64,000 bases of DNA from Carcharhinus amblyrhynchos (taxonomy: Eukaryota): the NCBI GenBank assembly GCA_965287045.1, contig OZ336879.1, forward strand, positions 62,124,001-62,188,000. The letters are read 5' to 3'. The notes below the pieces were generated by a model. That model did no database searches, was not told the DNA's origin, and was given only the letters and a program-made list of their open reading frames with translations. Below, piece by piece: positions 25,633 through 37,560 of this stretch. The position numbers were made by a program, and so were the translations under genes. Positions within the stretch are counted from its first letter, which is position 1. The number at the start of each line of letters is the position of its first letter.

Positions 25633-26235
25633 GCTTGCGCTACCAAATAAACTTGTTGGACTTTAACCTGGTCTTGTGAGACTTCTTGCTGTGTTTACCC
25701 CAGTCCAACTACGGCATCTCTGCATCATGATGAAGACTGGCAGCAGGTAAGTACAGCTGAAGGTGACTGAAGGGTAGGGCAGGCAAAGTGCCTTCCAAGA
25801 AGTTGGCAATCACCTATCAAACAGTGAAAACACTCTTTCAGAGAAACGGCTTGGGCAGGGGCATCTCACCTGGCCATGACTAGAGCTCTTCAGTTTCACT
25901 GATGAAAGGTTTCTCAGCTTGTCAATTTCACTGAACAATCCTGTTGTGCAGGATTGATGGTTGAAGTAGTACTGAGTGAAGTTTCTCATTATTCTAATTG
26001 CTTACTTGGCAACTGTAGGGGTGTTATCTGCTCACCTTCAATTCTCCCTGGTGAAATCCTGAAGTGTGTTGATGTTGGGATCCTGATCCAATACTGCTTT
26101 TAGGGGAGTAAAATCACTGCATATACCCAAACCTGCATTCCTCTGCTTGAGAAAATCCCACTCTTTGAGTCAGCCTTCATAGCAATTACAAAGTGTGTAC
26201 TGGAAATTGTCAGGAAATGAGAGTCTAAGATGAAT

Positions 26236-26589
26236 AATCATTGAATTCCTTCAGTGCAGAAGGAGGCCAATCAGCCCATCGAGTCTGCACTGACTCTCCA
26301 ACAGAGGATCTTCTCCCACTTCCGGCCTCAGTGCCACTCTATTCCCGTAACTCCATGCATTTACCCTGCTTATCCCCCTAACCTTGGGACCCTAAGGGTC
26401 AATTTAGCACGGCCAATTCACCTAACCTGCACATTTTTGGACTATGGAAGGAAACTGGAACACCCAGAGGAAACGCATGCAGACATGGGGAGAACATGCA
26501 AATTCCACACAGTCCCCAAGATTAGAAAAGAACCTGGGTCCCCGGTTCTGTGAGGCAGCAGTGCTAACCACTGTGCCACTGAGCTGTCC
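26236..26589 (-). mobile_element. HE1-like SINE
   Basis: Homologous to 77-393 (CAGTGCAGAAGGAGGCC..CCTAACCTGCAC..GTGAGGCAGCAGTGCTAACCACTGTGCCAC). Confidence 0.85.
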
Positions 26590-26599
26590 ATTAATTACT

Positions 26600-28015
26600 T
26601 AAAGTAATTAACATGGAAAAAATAATGGGAGCAAAAGGCAACAAATTTCTTGCATGTGATATTGTCCATCCTAATGTTTTAATATAGGTGCTTACAGAAA
26701 TTGTGAATGCTTTATTTTTGATCTTCCATAATTCTCTAGATTTTAGAACAGTTACTGTTGTTCAGAAGGTAACCCTGCTGTTCAAAAAAGGAAGGAAAGA
26801 GGAAACAAGGAACTTATGGACCAGTTAGTCTAACATCAGTACTAGGGCAAATGCTGGAATCTATTACTAAGGAAGTGAGAACAAAGCACTTTAAAAATCA
26901 CAATATGATTAGTTTGGGTCAGCACAGATTTATGAAAAAGAAATTGTATCTATTAGAGTTTTTGAAGGGTGTAACTTGCAGAATAATGAAGGAGAAACCA
27001 GTGGCTTTCACATGTTTAGATTTTCAGAGAGTATTTAATAATAGCTTCAAGAGATTGTTACACAAAATTAGGGTTCATGGGGTTGAGAATAAAAACTTGG
27101 ATAGAGAACTGGTTTACAGATAGAAAACTGAGCAGGCTACAAAGCTAAGTAGGAAGTTAAGCTATAAAGAAAATATGAAGAGGCTTTAAAAGGATATAGA
27201 CCAGTTAAGAAATTGACAAGAATATCAAAGAAAGAACATAATATAGGATGTGTGAAATTATCCATTTGATAGGAAGAATGGAAAAGTAGATTTTTTAAAT
27301 GTTAGAGAATAGTGAATGTTAGTGTTCAGATGCATTGTGCTCCTATATAAATCACAGAAAATTAGTATAGGACCACAACAAGCAAGTATGATTTTGACTT
27401 TATTGCAAGGAGGTTTGAAACAACAGTAAGGAAATCTTGCTGCAATTATGTAGGCTTTTGGTAAGACAACACCTAGAGTACTGTGTACAGTTTTGGCCTC
27501 CTTACCTAAGGAAGCATATACTTGTCTTAGATGAAATGCAACAAAGGTTCCCTAGATGGATTCTTGGGATGAGAAGACTGTCCTAGAATAGATTGAGTAG
27601 AATGGAACTATATTCAATGGAGCTGAGAAGAATGAGATGATTCCACTGAAATTTGTAACATTCTTTAGGAGTGTGACCAAGGTAGATGATGAGAGGCAAT
27701 TTCCTCTGGCTGGTGAATCTGAAATTAAGGATCATAGTCTCAGAAAAGGATTTGGCTACTTAGGACTGTGATAAGGACAAATATCTTCGCTCAGAAGATT
27801 ATGAATCTTTGGACTCCTTTAGCCCAGAGGGCTCTGGATGCTGAGTCAATGAACATGATCGAGACTGATGCAGCTAGATTTTTGACACCAAGTAAATTAA
27901 GGAATACAGAAATTGGATAGAGAAGCGGAGATGATATCGAAATACAGGCATGATCTTATTGGATGGTGAAGCAGGCTCAAAGGGGCCCTCTCCTGCTCTT
28001 ATTCCTTCTGTTATT
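26600..28015 (+). mobile_element. Old degraded CR1 LINE (RT region to 3' end)
   Basis: [61 protein letters not shown]. Many indels. Confidence 0.85.
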
Positions 28016-28034
28016 ATGTACATGATATTTACAT

Positions 28035-29110
28035 CACAGAATCAGATCATTCAGTGCAAACTGGTATTTAGGTCCCACATTGAGCCTCTTCCCACGCTTC
28101 TTCATTTAATTTCATCAGCATATCTCGCTACCCCTTTCTCCCTTATACATTTCCTAGATTTCCCATAAATACAGCAGTGATAGTTGCCTGAAGTACTTTG
28201 TGTAGTTACAAGTTCCACATTCTAACCATTCTCTGGGTAAATGTTTTTTTCCTGAATTCCCTATTGGATTTATTAGTGACGATAACACGCTAGTACTGGC
28301 CTACCCTGGAAGTGAAAATGTATTTTCTACAGCTACCCTATCAATCCCCTATGAAATTGTAAAGACCTGTATCAGTTATCACTGACTTTTCTATTTTCTA
28401 GAACAAAGAGCCACTACCTGTTCATCATTTCCTGACAGTATAACTCCTCAGTTCTGGTGTAATCCCAGTAAATATTTTTGCAATTCTCCCATGTTTCTAT
28501 ATAATTTTTAATAAATCAGGAATCCAGAACTGTTTGCAGTATTTCATTATGGTGGAAACATGGCTCAGTACATATTTATTATAACTTTGCTGTGTTTCAA
28601 TTACATCCATCTAGAAATGAACCCAATGCATTTTGTTTGCTTATTTTTATGCCTTATTAAGCTCTGTTGCTACCTTTAGTGATCCATTTATCTATATCCT
28701 CAGAACCCTCTGCTTATTGACCCTATTTGGATAATTATCTTCTTAGGGAAGTACGTGGCCTCCTTATTCTCCCTATCTAAATGTATCACCTCATAGTGAC
28801 CCAAATTAAAGTTCACTTGCCAATTCCATGCTCATTCTGCTAGTTTATTAATGCCTTTCTGTATGTTGTCACACTCTTCCTCTGTATTAATGATACCCTA
28901 ATTTTGTATTGTCTATAACTTTTGAAATCATGGTTAATTCTAATTCACAAGTTTCAAATTATTCATGTAAATTGTGAACAAAAGTGATCCCAATGCTGAT
29001 TTTACTGCAATTGTGCTTCCCAACTTCTGTCAGTCAAAATAATTACCTTTATCCCCTGCTCTGTGCTTTTGGTTTTGTGGCAAACTCACTATCATTCTGC
29101 TACTTGTACC
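28035..29110 (-). mobile_element. Old degraded CR1-type LINE
   Basis: TTCCACATTCTAACCATTCTCTGGGTAA and CCAGAACTGTTTGCAGTATTTCA (reverse complement of an EYC.QFW motif). Heavily decayed. Confidence 0.65.
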
Positions 29111-29964
29111 CCGACTTCACATATTTCTTCAAAAGAGCTTGTGTAGGAGCTGAAACAAATCAACAAAGCTTGAAGCTGAATGTTGAGTGAAGTTAGGAAA
29201 ATGATGGAAGTCTTGGGTCCTAATCCATCCAGAATCTTTCGCTATCTTTCTATGCTTTTTCTCCTTAGATTTGTGATTCCATTTAGAAGAATAGTTTCAT
29301 AAACACAAATCCCATACTGATGGCTTTCTGTCAAGGTATATGATTCCACTTACCAGTCATAAGAATCACTGATTAGTTCCTACTCTGCTGATGCACACAC
29401 TCTGACTGAAACAATTTGAACTCAAAGTACCTGGGTGAAAAACAAAGAGGAGATTTATATTTTAGCCATTGGCCTGACAGGAATATAATCATCTTGCACT
29501 CTCAATACATTTAACTCAGTTTTGAGCAAGTTTAAAACTGTCCCAAAATATCCAAGGAAGCTTGAGAACTTTTTTAAATCAGTCTGACACGACAGTGTCA
29601 ATTACAGGGCGTGTGAGGCAGCTTCTTTCAAAGGTTTCATATAACTTCCCTCCAAGTTTTGGTTGAGACTTAACTGATGAGTTAAAAGGGGTGATTTTAA
29701 CTCTGCTGGTTAAAATTGTCCCAGGAGATGTACCACTGACACGCCATGAATTTCTTAGAAGCTTCAAAATTTAACCTGCTTCTCTCAGCAGGAGCAGACA
29801 ACGCCCACTAGAAATTGGTCAGGTTCTTATTTACATGTGCAATTCGGATACTGCTTGGAACTTTTTTAACTGGTAGCCTGTGTAAGGAAGCTATTGTGCC
29901 TTTCCCACTAAATCAACCCAGCAGAAAGGAAATTAGGCCAAAAACTGTTTTACGAACAGTCAAA

Positions 29965-30590
29965 CGTGCAAATTAGGAAAAGGAGTCAAGCATGTGACCT
30001 TTTGGGCCTGCTCTACCATTCAATAAGATCATGGCTGATCTGATTGTAACCATAAGTCTACATTCCTACCTAGCATGATAACTCCTCCACCCGCTTTTTA
30101 ATCAAGAATCTATCGAGCTCTGCCTTAAAAACATTCAAAGATCCTGGGCAGGATTTTATGGCCCATTTTGTCCCAAAGCCATAAAATTCCACCCAAGCTC
30201 AACAGAAGTTTCCATTATCTGCTCCTTGCCCATTCCGATTCCACGGTGGCAGGATGTTAAAATTCCAGCTTCTGATTCCACTGCATTTTGAGGGAGAGAA
30301 CTCAAAACACCCACGAATCTCGAAGAGGAAGAATTTCTCCTCATCTCTGTCTTATTTTTAAACAATAACCCCTAGTTCTAGATTTTCCCACAAGAGAAAA
30401 CATCCTCAGCACATCCACCTTGTCACAACTCCTCAGGAACTTAAGGCTTTCAATCAAGTTGCCTCTTATTCTTCTAAACTGCAATGAATACAAGCTTATC
30501 CAGTCCAACATTCACTCATAAGACATTTCAGGTATTAACCTAATAAACCTTCACTGAACTGTTTCAAACGCATTTACATCTTTCCTCCAT
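29965..30590 (-). mobile_element. CR1 3' fragment interrupted by a MITE
   Basis: CCATTCAATAAGATCATGGCTGATCTG tail motif shared with copies A and B, and GAATTTCTCCTCATCTCTGTCTTA. Confidence 0.8.
30146..30270. mobile_element. MITE nested in CR1
   Basis: GGGCAGGATTTTATG...GTTAAAATTCCAGCT, with flanks CCT/TCT (imperfect 3-bp TSD). CR1 homology resumes on both sides. Confidence 0.6.
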
Positions 30591-33500
30591 ATGACTTATT
30601 TGAGTGTCTGTTTCTATGGTCACTAGTGATATCCTCCTGATACCTGGCATCACATCCTCCACCAGTCGGTCAGTTGGCACCTCCTGAGTGGTGGCATGCA
30701 AGTGAAGTCCAGGAATTAAAATCTCACAGGAGTCTAGCTGGCAAGTCTGGATTGCTTGCCACCCATCTCAGCAGCTCCAGCTTGATTTCCAGCCCAAATG
30801 AACACCAGCTTTGCCTTACTGCAAAGCAGAATATTTTCATAGCCACACTGAGTTGATGTATAAAGATCTCCTGTGTTCCTAAACGCAGTGTAGTGAATTT
30901 CCTCCTCAAATTTATGTTTTGTTTTTGCAGGAAATATTCAGCTCTTATCTATGAACCGCACTATAATTAGTGGCAGCATACCTCCAACTAATTCTATAGG
31001 AACTGGATTCATAAATATCATGCCATCCATACCAGCATAGAACCATTTCTGCACAAAAATAAACTGCATAAATTGAACAATAGATGTTAACTCAGGAAGG
31101 GGTTAGTCTGGGAACGGGCAACACACTTGGACAATGTGAAGAAAGTGCAATTTGGCCAATGGATCTTGCTGGGTCACATTTAATTTTTTAAAATTAGCTT
31201 CTTGCCCGAAGGCTGAAAGAAGGTTTTGAGATCAGGGCAGAAACAAGTTGTCAAATGAAGGTAGGGACAAGGAGTAGAAAGGCTGGGCTTAGAATTCCTA
31301 TTCCTCCTGGCACATTAGTACTCCATATCAAAATAACGTTCTTGAACTCATTTTGGGCTCTTCTGGCCACCATGCCTCCCACCATGATTTGGCTTTGAAC
31401 GGGTCTTCCATGTGTTAATATTAAAATACTGTACTTTAGGTTTTTCCATTTAATTTAGGCCCCACCCTGACTGAAACAGGAGCCTCTGCCAACTTCAAAA
31501 TAAAATGTAACCAGGTGAGAAGGGTCATTTGGCAATCTATTTTAACTCCAAGCATGCAGCATTTCCAGCAGGCAGAGGCTGGATTTAAAATCAGTTCAAT
31601 GATATAGCAGGCCTGAAAAACTACTCACATATACAAAAGCAAAACATAGCCGGAATTCAAACTGGCAAAGAAGGAAGAGAAACAACATGAAGCACTTCTG
31701 AACACCAGCTAAAACCTAGAGACGCATTCATAACAAAGCTCTATATAACACATAAAGGTACAGCACAGAAATACATTGTTGGAACAAAAGTATGAATGTA
31801 CAAATCACATCACTCATGGGTCATAGCTCAGTTGCACAAATCACAGAGTGTAATGTGGAAACCACTGAATCATTCTTGCACACAACAGAAGAAAATGTTT
31901 AAGTATGAAGGTGCACCTCCTGGAAATATTAAAAATGAATCAGTATCACCATGAGACACATAGCAGAACATACAAGACAAAAATACATAATTGCCAATAC
32001 AGTGCCACACACACATGCAGACACACAAATACAATAGTCTCACAATCACATACATACATAAGCAGAGACAGACATGACTGTGAGCAATGTTACATGAATA
32101 ATTAATGCAAGGTGCATTTTAAATGGGTGAACATCTCTGTTAAAATAGCAGAATGTAATTTAATGTGATCCTGTATCACCTAGAATAGATTACAAGCTAT
32201 AATGTCACGCATATACATGAGCATATACATTCATACACATATACAGATGCACATAGGCAGATACACACAGCCAGAAGCTGTCGTACATTCAATGTAAATA
32301 GCAATACACATAAATCACCCTGGAAAACTTAAGTGTCACTATGGATAAAGAGGGAATTTCTTTTGAGCAAATTTTCACATACTCTAATTTTATGCTGAAG
32401 CATCACAATATGTAAATATCCTCAGTCCTTTGCTCAAACTACTAAACGCCACAAAGCCCATTAACTTAACACCACACAACCACATCTGAGAAATGGTGTT
32501 GAATATTGGTGTGTATTTATCCACTTTAAAGCAGAGGCAAATTTTTGGTGATACCCAAATGTACATTTCTAATACTGATTTTTACAGCAATTTTGTTTTT
32601 GTTTTAGAAATACTGTATATTTCTCCTTATTGGAGTCTGCACTATATTTTCTATACATTTGAATACTTCATTTGTGGCATTAAAATCTACTACAATAAAA
32701 AAGAAAAACTTTTGGAATTGCATTTTCTTAAATATGTTACATTAATATATATAAACCATAGGTTGATGGCTTCAAACTTAAATTTTCATTACATCAATAA
32801 AATAATGAGGGATTTAAAGTAGATGACTGGAGTATATTCTGCACTTTCCCTGAGCCCTGCTGTTTATACTGATTTTAACTTGTTCTGCCCCATTATTTTG
32901 TCCTGATAATGCTTAGATTAGAGCAAAATTTTCATCAGAGAAAACAGCATAGATTTTGGCATTGTTTTGCTGCAAATTGAATTAAGGACATTTTGGACTA
33001 AATTGTGGACATAGCCATACAATCACATAGCTGAAAACATAGATATCCAGACACAATTACATACATACACTGCATGCTTCATTGTTGATGATATATGTTT
33101 TGGTGCAGACTTCCTCCCATGTTCAAAAGGTAAACACTTTTATGTCACAGCCATGCTTCCATGCACGATATACTCCAAAATTGGAAATACCACACAGAAA
33201 CACAGATAGAAAGACATGCACAAATATTTAACTCATGCGCAGACTTATCGCACAAATAATTAAGAAACCTCTCCCTCACTTGTACACACACTTCAATCAC
33301 ACTCACAATACTAACTGATATCACATAGGTAAAAGAGAGAAACATAACTATTCTCATAGAATTGTGCCAAAAACATTAATGTACAAGAAACATAATTATG
33401 CAGAAACACTAACAGTCAACATTCTAGCCACATTGCTAAACTCTGGTTGACACAAACATCCACATCAGAAATACCACATATCATTTATTTTCTTTTTCTC

Positions 33501-36500
33501 CTGGCCTATTCTATCTCTGTTCCTCTGAAATGTTAATTGGGTTTCCATGTTCAAATGAGTCCAGATATCTGTCAGCTTGGGATAAATTCCTGAATACAAT
33601 ATGTTTACCGCTAAAATGTTTTCCATGTGTAGATGTGGTTAATTCATCACCTTAATTTGCCTAGTGGGATGGTTAGGTGATCCATTTCTTATATTTAGAT
33701 ACTGTTGTTACAATGCAATGTGCGTATCAAAAAAGCTACTTGTTCCCTTTCTATGTCTGATTTTCTTTGGCTGCTGTGGTCTTCTATATTGATCTATGAT
33801 TTAGGACTGAGACACATAATATAAACATTTAAGTTTTCTAGTAAGAAAAATATAAACACCTAAAGCTATAAATTAGTTGAAGGTTGAATGGTGGCAACTA
33901 CAGGCAGTGAAGTTCACGTACCAATACCTAATCTGCCATTTTTAACACACACAGGCATTAACTCATTCAATATAAACTGATTGAGGCATGTGTAAAAACA
34001 GAAAACAGCAATGCCAGCAATTTTTGTTTGTCTGATATTTGCCTATCTAAGTTTCTACTCATGAAAAACATTTGAAGAGTATTCCCAGCTCACAATATAT
34101 TGAGTGTGTGGGATTTAGGTGTTATATGTGTAAATGCTTTGCTGTGTGGAGGTGCTGCCTGAGTATCTGTATATAAGGCAAATCAAGTTTAAGTTTTGGA
34201 GGAGACGGTGTTATGCTGAGAGTGTTCACATTACTGAAGGAGTATTTGTATATATGTATGTGCCCTTGACTAATAGCACCTGAGCGATAAGAAAAAAAAG
34301 AGGAAGATTAAGATTAGGCATGAGAGAAAAATTGTGTGGGCAGCACTTGCTTATATGTGACAACTTGCTTCTATGTGGAGTTTTGTGTTGGAAGAACGAA
34401 TGTATTTATGTTGGAGTTTTTGTGAGTGCCTGCATTTCATTAAATATTTCTATGAGTATGCGTCGTAAGTATGAGTAAAGGTTTCTGTGTGCATACGCTT
34501 GCATACATTTGACTGTTTGTGTGTGTGCTTGTGCATAATGACACTTATATAAGTATGTTCCTGAACATTGGAAGTAATTGAAAGTATTAAAAAATGAGAA
34601 AATATTTTTCATTTGTCTATGTATGTCTCCTTTAGAATAGATGTGAGAATGTTTCTTACTGTAATAGAGGATTTGTGAAAGAATTTGTTTGACTGTACAT
34701 GAGTGTGTTTCTCCATATCAGTGTTGCATGTGAAAGAAAGATCAATGTTATGTAGGACAGTGCTGCTTGTGATTGTGACTTTGGGTTTGTGCATGTGTGT
34801 TTCTATATGTGGGAATGTTTCTCTATCCTAGCATGTTTAATAATAGGTATATTATTTTAGTAAGGATTCTGAGTAACCAGCATTCTCAATATCTGAGAAT
34901 ATTCCTATGGATCTCCATTAAGTGTGAATGGGGCTTTCTCTGTGTAGTTTGTGAAGAATATTTTCAGATTCAAATGCATGTTGCAAAGTGCTTATAAACC
35001 TTGAAGTAAAATATTCTCATATGTGTGTGTAGTTTTCTTGTTGCCTTCTTCTAGTGGCAAGACAGATAAAATCATTTTACAAATCTGGTCATAGGATAAG
35101 GAATTTGGATTTAATAATTGCAGAGAAATGGTTTATTGGTGCTAATCTATCAGAATACAGCTAAAAGAATACAGGTACAAAGCAGTTTAGGCGTAGGTCA
35201 AGGTCCTATATGTGTGAGGGTTGGTTATGAGTATTGACATTGCCATTAGTTTGAAGCATGAATGTTTCTATGTCTACACATATGAGGGAGTCACTGCATC
35301 TCTAAGAGTGTTCCATGTGGGGGTTATTCAGGTGAAACTGTTTAGAGGGTAAATGTACAGTGCACAAGTATTTCTGCGTATGTGTGTGCTCCTATATGAA
35401 CATTTTAGAAATGTATATGTATGAATGTGATATATAAAGGTATAGAAATGTATATGTATGTATCTGTACTTGCATTTCTGCTTCTGCAGGAGACTGTATG
35501 TACTTTTCTGTGCATGTGTTTGTGTGCACTAAAACTGTTTTTGTGTTAAAATGTTCTTTCCGTTTGTATGTGTCTGACTGTGTACCTATTTTGGTTTATA
35601 ACGATTTGGATGCAGAAGAGCAGTCTGCCTTTGTCTCAAAATGTTTGTATTTATAAACAATTTTGTCACTTAGTATCTATTTCTTTAGAGTCTGTGTGCA
35701 TATTTCAAGGTTTCGTGCTGTTAAGGGAAAACACATTTACAATACATATTAAATCTTTTAAGAGGTATTTATTTTGAAGATGGAATTTCCTGTCTGTAAT
35801 AGTAATTGTGTACTGAATGGGCATGTACAATTTAGGGTATCACATATGTATGAAAGAGTAACCCTGATTACTTATCAATGAATGTTAAAACATGCAAGTG
35901 TGTTGGGGGAGGGGGTGGGGGGAGGTGGGGGGGAGATTAGCATCAGTGTTTATATATGAATGGATAGTTGTATAGTTCCTTCAGTATTTGGACATTGTTC
36001 AAGAATATCTGAGGACACTGTCTTTGGATATGGATCTGTGTGTTTTGGAGAATGTTGTAATGGCTTGTATAAGAAAATGTCTTTGCATAGACAGTGTTAT
36101 TACTTCTTGTAAATCTGTATGGGCATTTATCTGTGTTTGTGTATTTATGCTGGAATCTGTAAGTTTGTTCTCTGGATATTGATATTAGTAGTGCATGCAA
36201 ATATTTGTCTGTGACTGCAACAGTTAGGCCTTCTTTGTGTCAGAGTTTCTGTACATGAACCTGTATACCAGTACCAGCAATGATATGCATACAATCATGA
36301 AAATATGCATGTGACTACTTTCACATTAATTATATAGGTGTATGTGCAGATTGATAGGAAGAGATGCATTGGTGTGCATATAAAGCTGTGGTTATGCGTA
36401 AAATGTGTTCAAATATTTGTATGTGTTTGTGAATAGATGTTTTTTGATCATTTATCAGGCTGTTGGTGTTGCAGAGGAAGGTAATGTTTATTGCTAACTC

Positions 36501-36524
36501 TAGAAACTGTCTTGTTAGCTGACT

Positions 36525-36780
36525 TCAGAGGAGAGTTAAGAATCACTCACATTGGTGTGCTGTATCATGTGGACCAAAACAGGTGAAGAGAGCAGATTCC
36601 CTTCCCTGGAGGATATTCGTGAATCTGCTGAGGTTTTTACAATAGGGTCTCGTGGTCACTTTTACACACACCTACTTTTTATTTCCATTTTTTAAATTGA
36701 ATTCAAATACTCAACATGTACGGTGAGGTTTGAACGCACATTCTTCAGACTATTAGACCAATAACGTTACAACTAAGTAC
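36525..36780 (-). mobile_element. Degraded SINE (MetaSINE/MER131-like)
   Basis: Reverse-complement similarity to 63177-63478 (GCAGATTCCCTTCCCTGGAGGATATTCGTGAA..GGTTTTTACAA). Confidence 0.55.
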
Positions 36781-37464
36781 TGAACTATTTCTATGTCTGA
36801 ATGTGTGTACATATAAAATCAGGCATTAAATTGATGCAATAATATCAATGAAAAAGGTCTGCAAAGGGAGAGTGTTTTAAAATTGAAGTAATCTCTAAAA
36901 TCTAAATATTGCTCTGCTGTCATCTTAACATTTCCCACACATGTCCTGTTTCCCCTGTTTGCCTCTAGTACCCAACCTCCCTATTCACTCTCCATTGTAT
37001 CCTGCATTGTGACGTTTCTTGTCTTCATGCACATTTATGGCATTTCTGTGGTCAGTGTGGCTCTGAACTTTTCTCTCTTCCTTCTATCCTAAATATTTTA
37101 CCGTGCACACATGGCTTCAGTGTTGAAGTCAAAGTAGTAATTTCACGATTCACCACGCCAGAGTACTGGATCAAGCAATTACTTCTCAAAACTCAGCAGA
37201 CCGTGCCCTCCTCTACTTCATTCTTCCCAGGACCTCAAAACTCGGAGGATTCTTAACTCCATCAGACTTTTCTTCGTACCACAGGCGTGAAACTTCTAAA
37301 CCTTACTGTCAACTAATCTCGACCTCATTATTTACCTCATAATCTGTTTCATTCTTGCTAGGGTCCTGCACCAGAGTCCTTGGCCTTGTATATCCAAAAG
37401 GATATGTGATTATTAAAAGCAGATTAAAAAGAGCCTTATTTCCAAAATGTCTACTATTGGACTC

Positions 37465-37560
37465 GCTGACATAAAACGTTCACCCTACCTTTCTCTCCCC
37501 ACAGATGCTGTCTGATCTGCTGAGCATATCCAGTATTATCATTTTTTTGTTCCAAATTTT
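37465..37560 (+). mobile_element. Half copy of a Penelope-derived palindromic repeat
   Basis: AAACGTTCAC..TTTCTCTCCCCACAGATGCTGTCTGATCTGCTGAGCATATCCAG matches the arms of 62810-63019. Confidence 0.55.

Larger units (their letters stand above)
25424..25725. mobile_element. Non-autonomous Penelope-like fold-back element (inverted pseudo-LTRs) with 13-bp TSD
   Basis: 126-bp inverted arms (25424-25549, 25564-25689; 10 mismatches), 14-nt loop and 36-nt unpaired extension. Flanked by CATGATGAAGTCT and CATGATGAAGACT. Confidence 0.8.
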
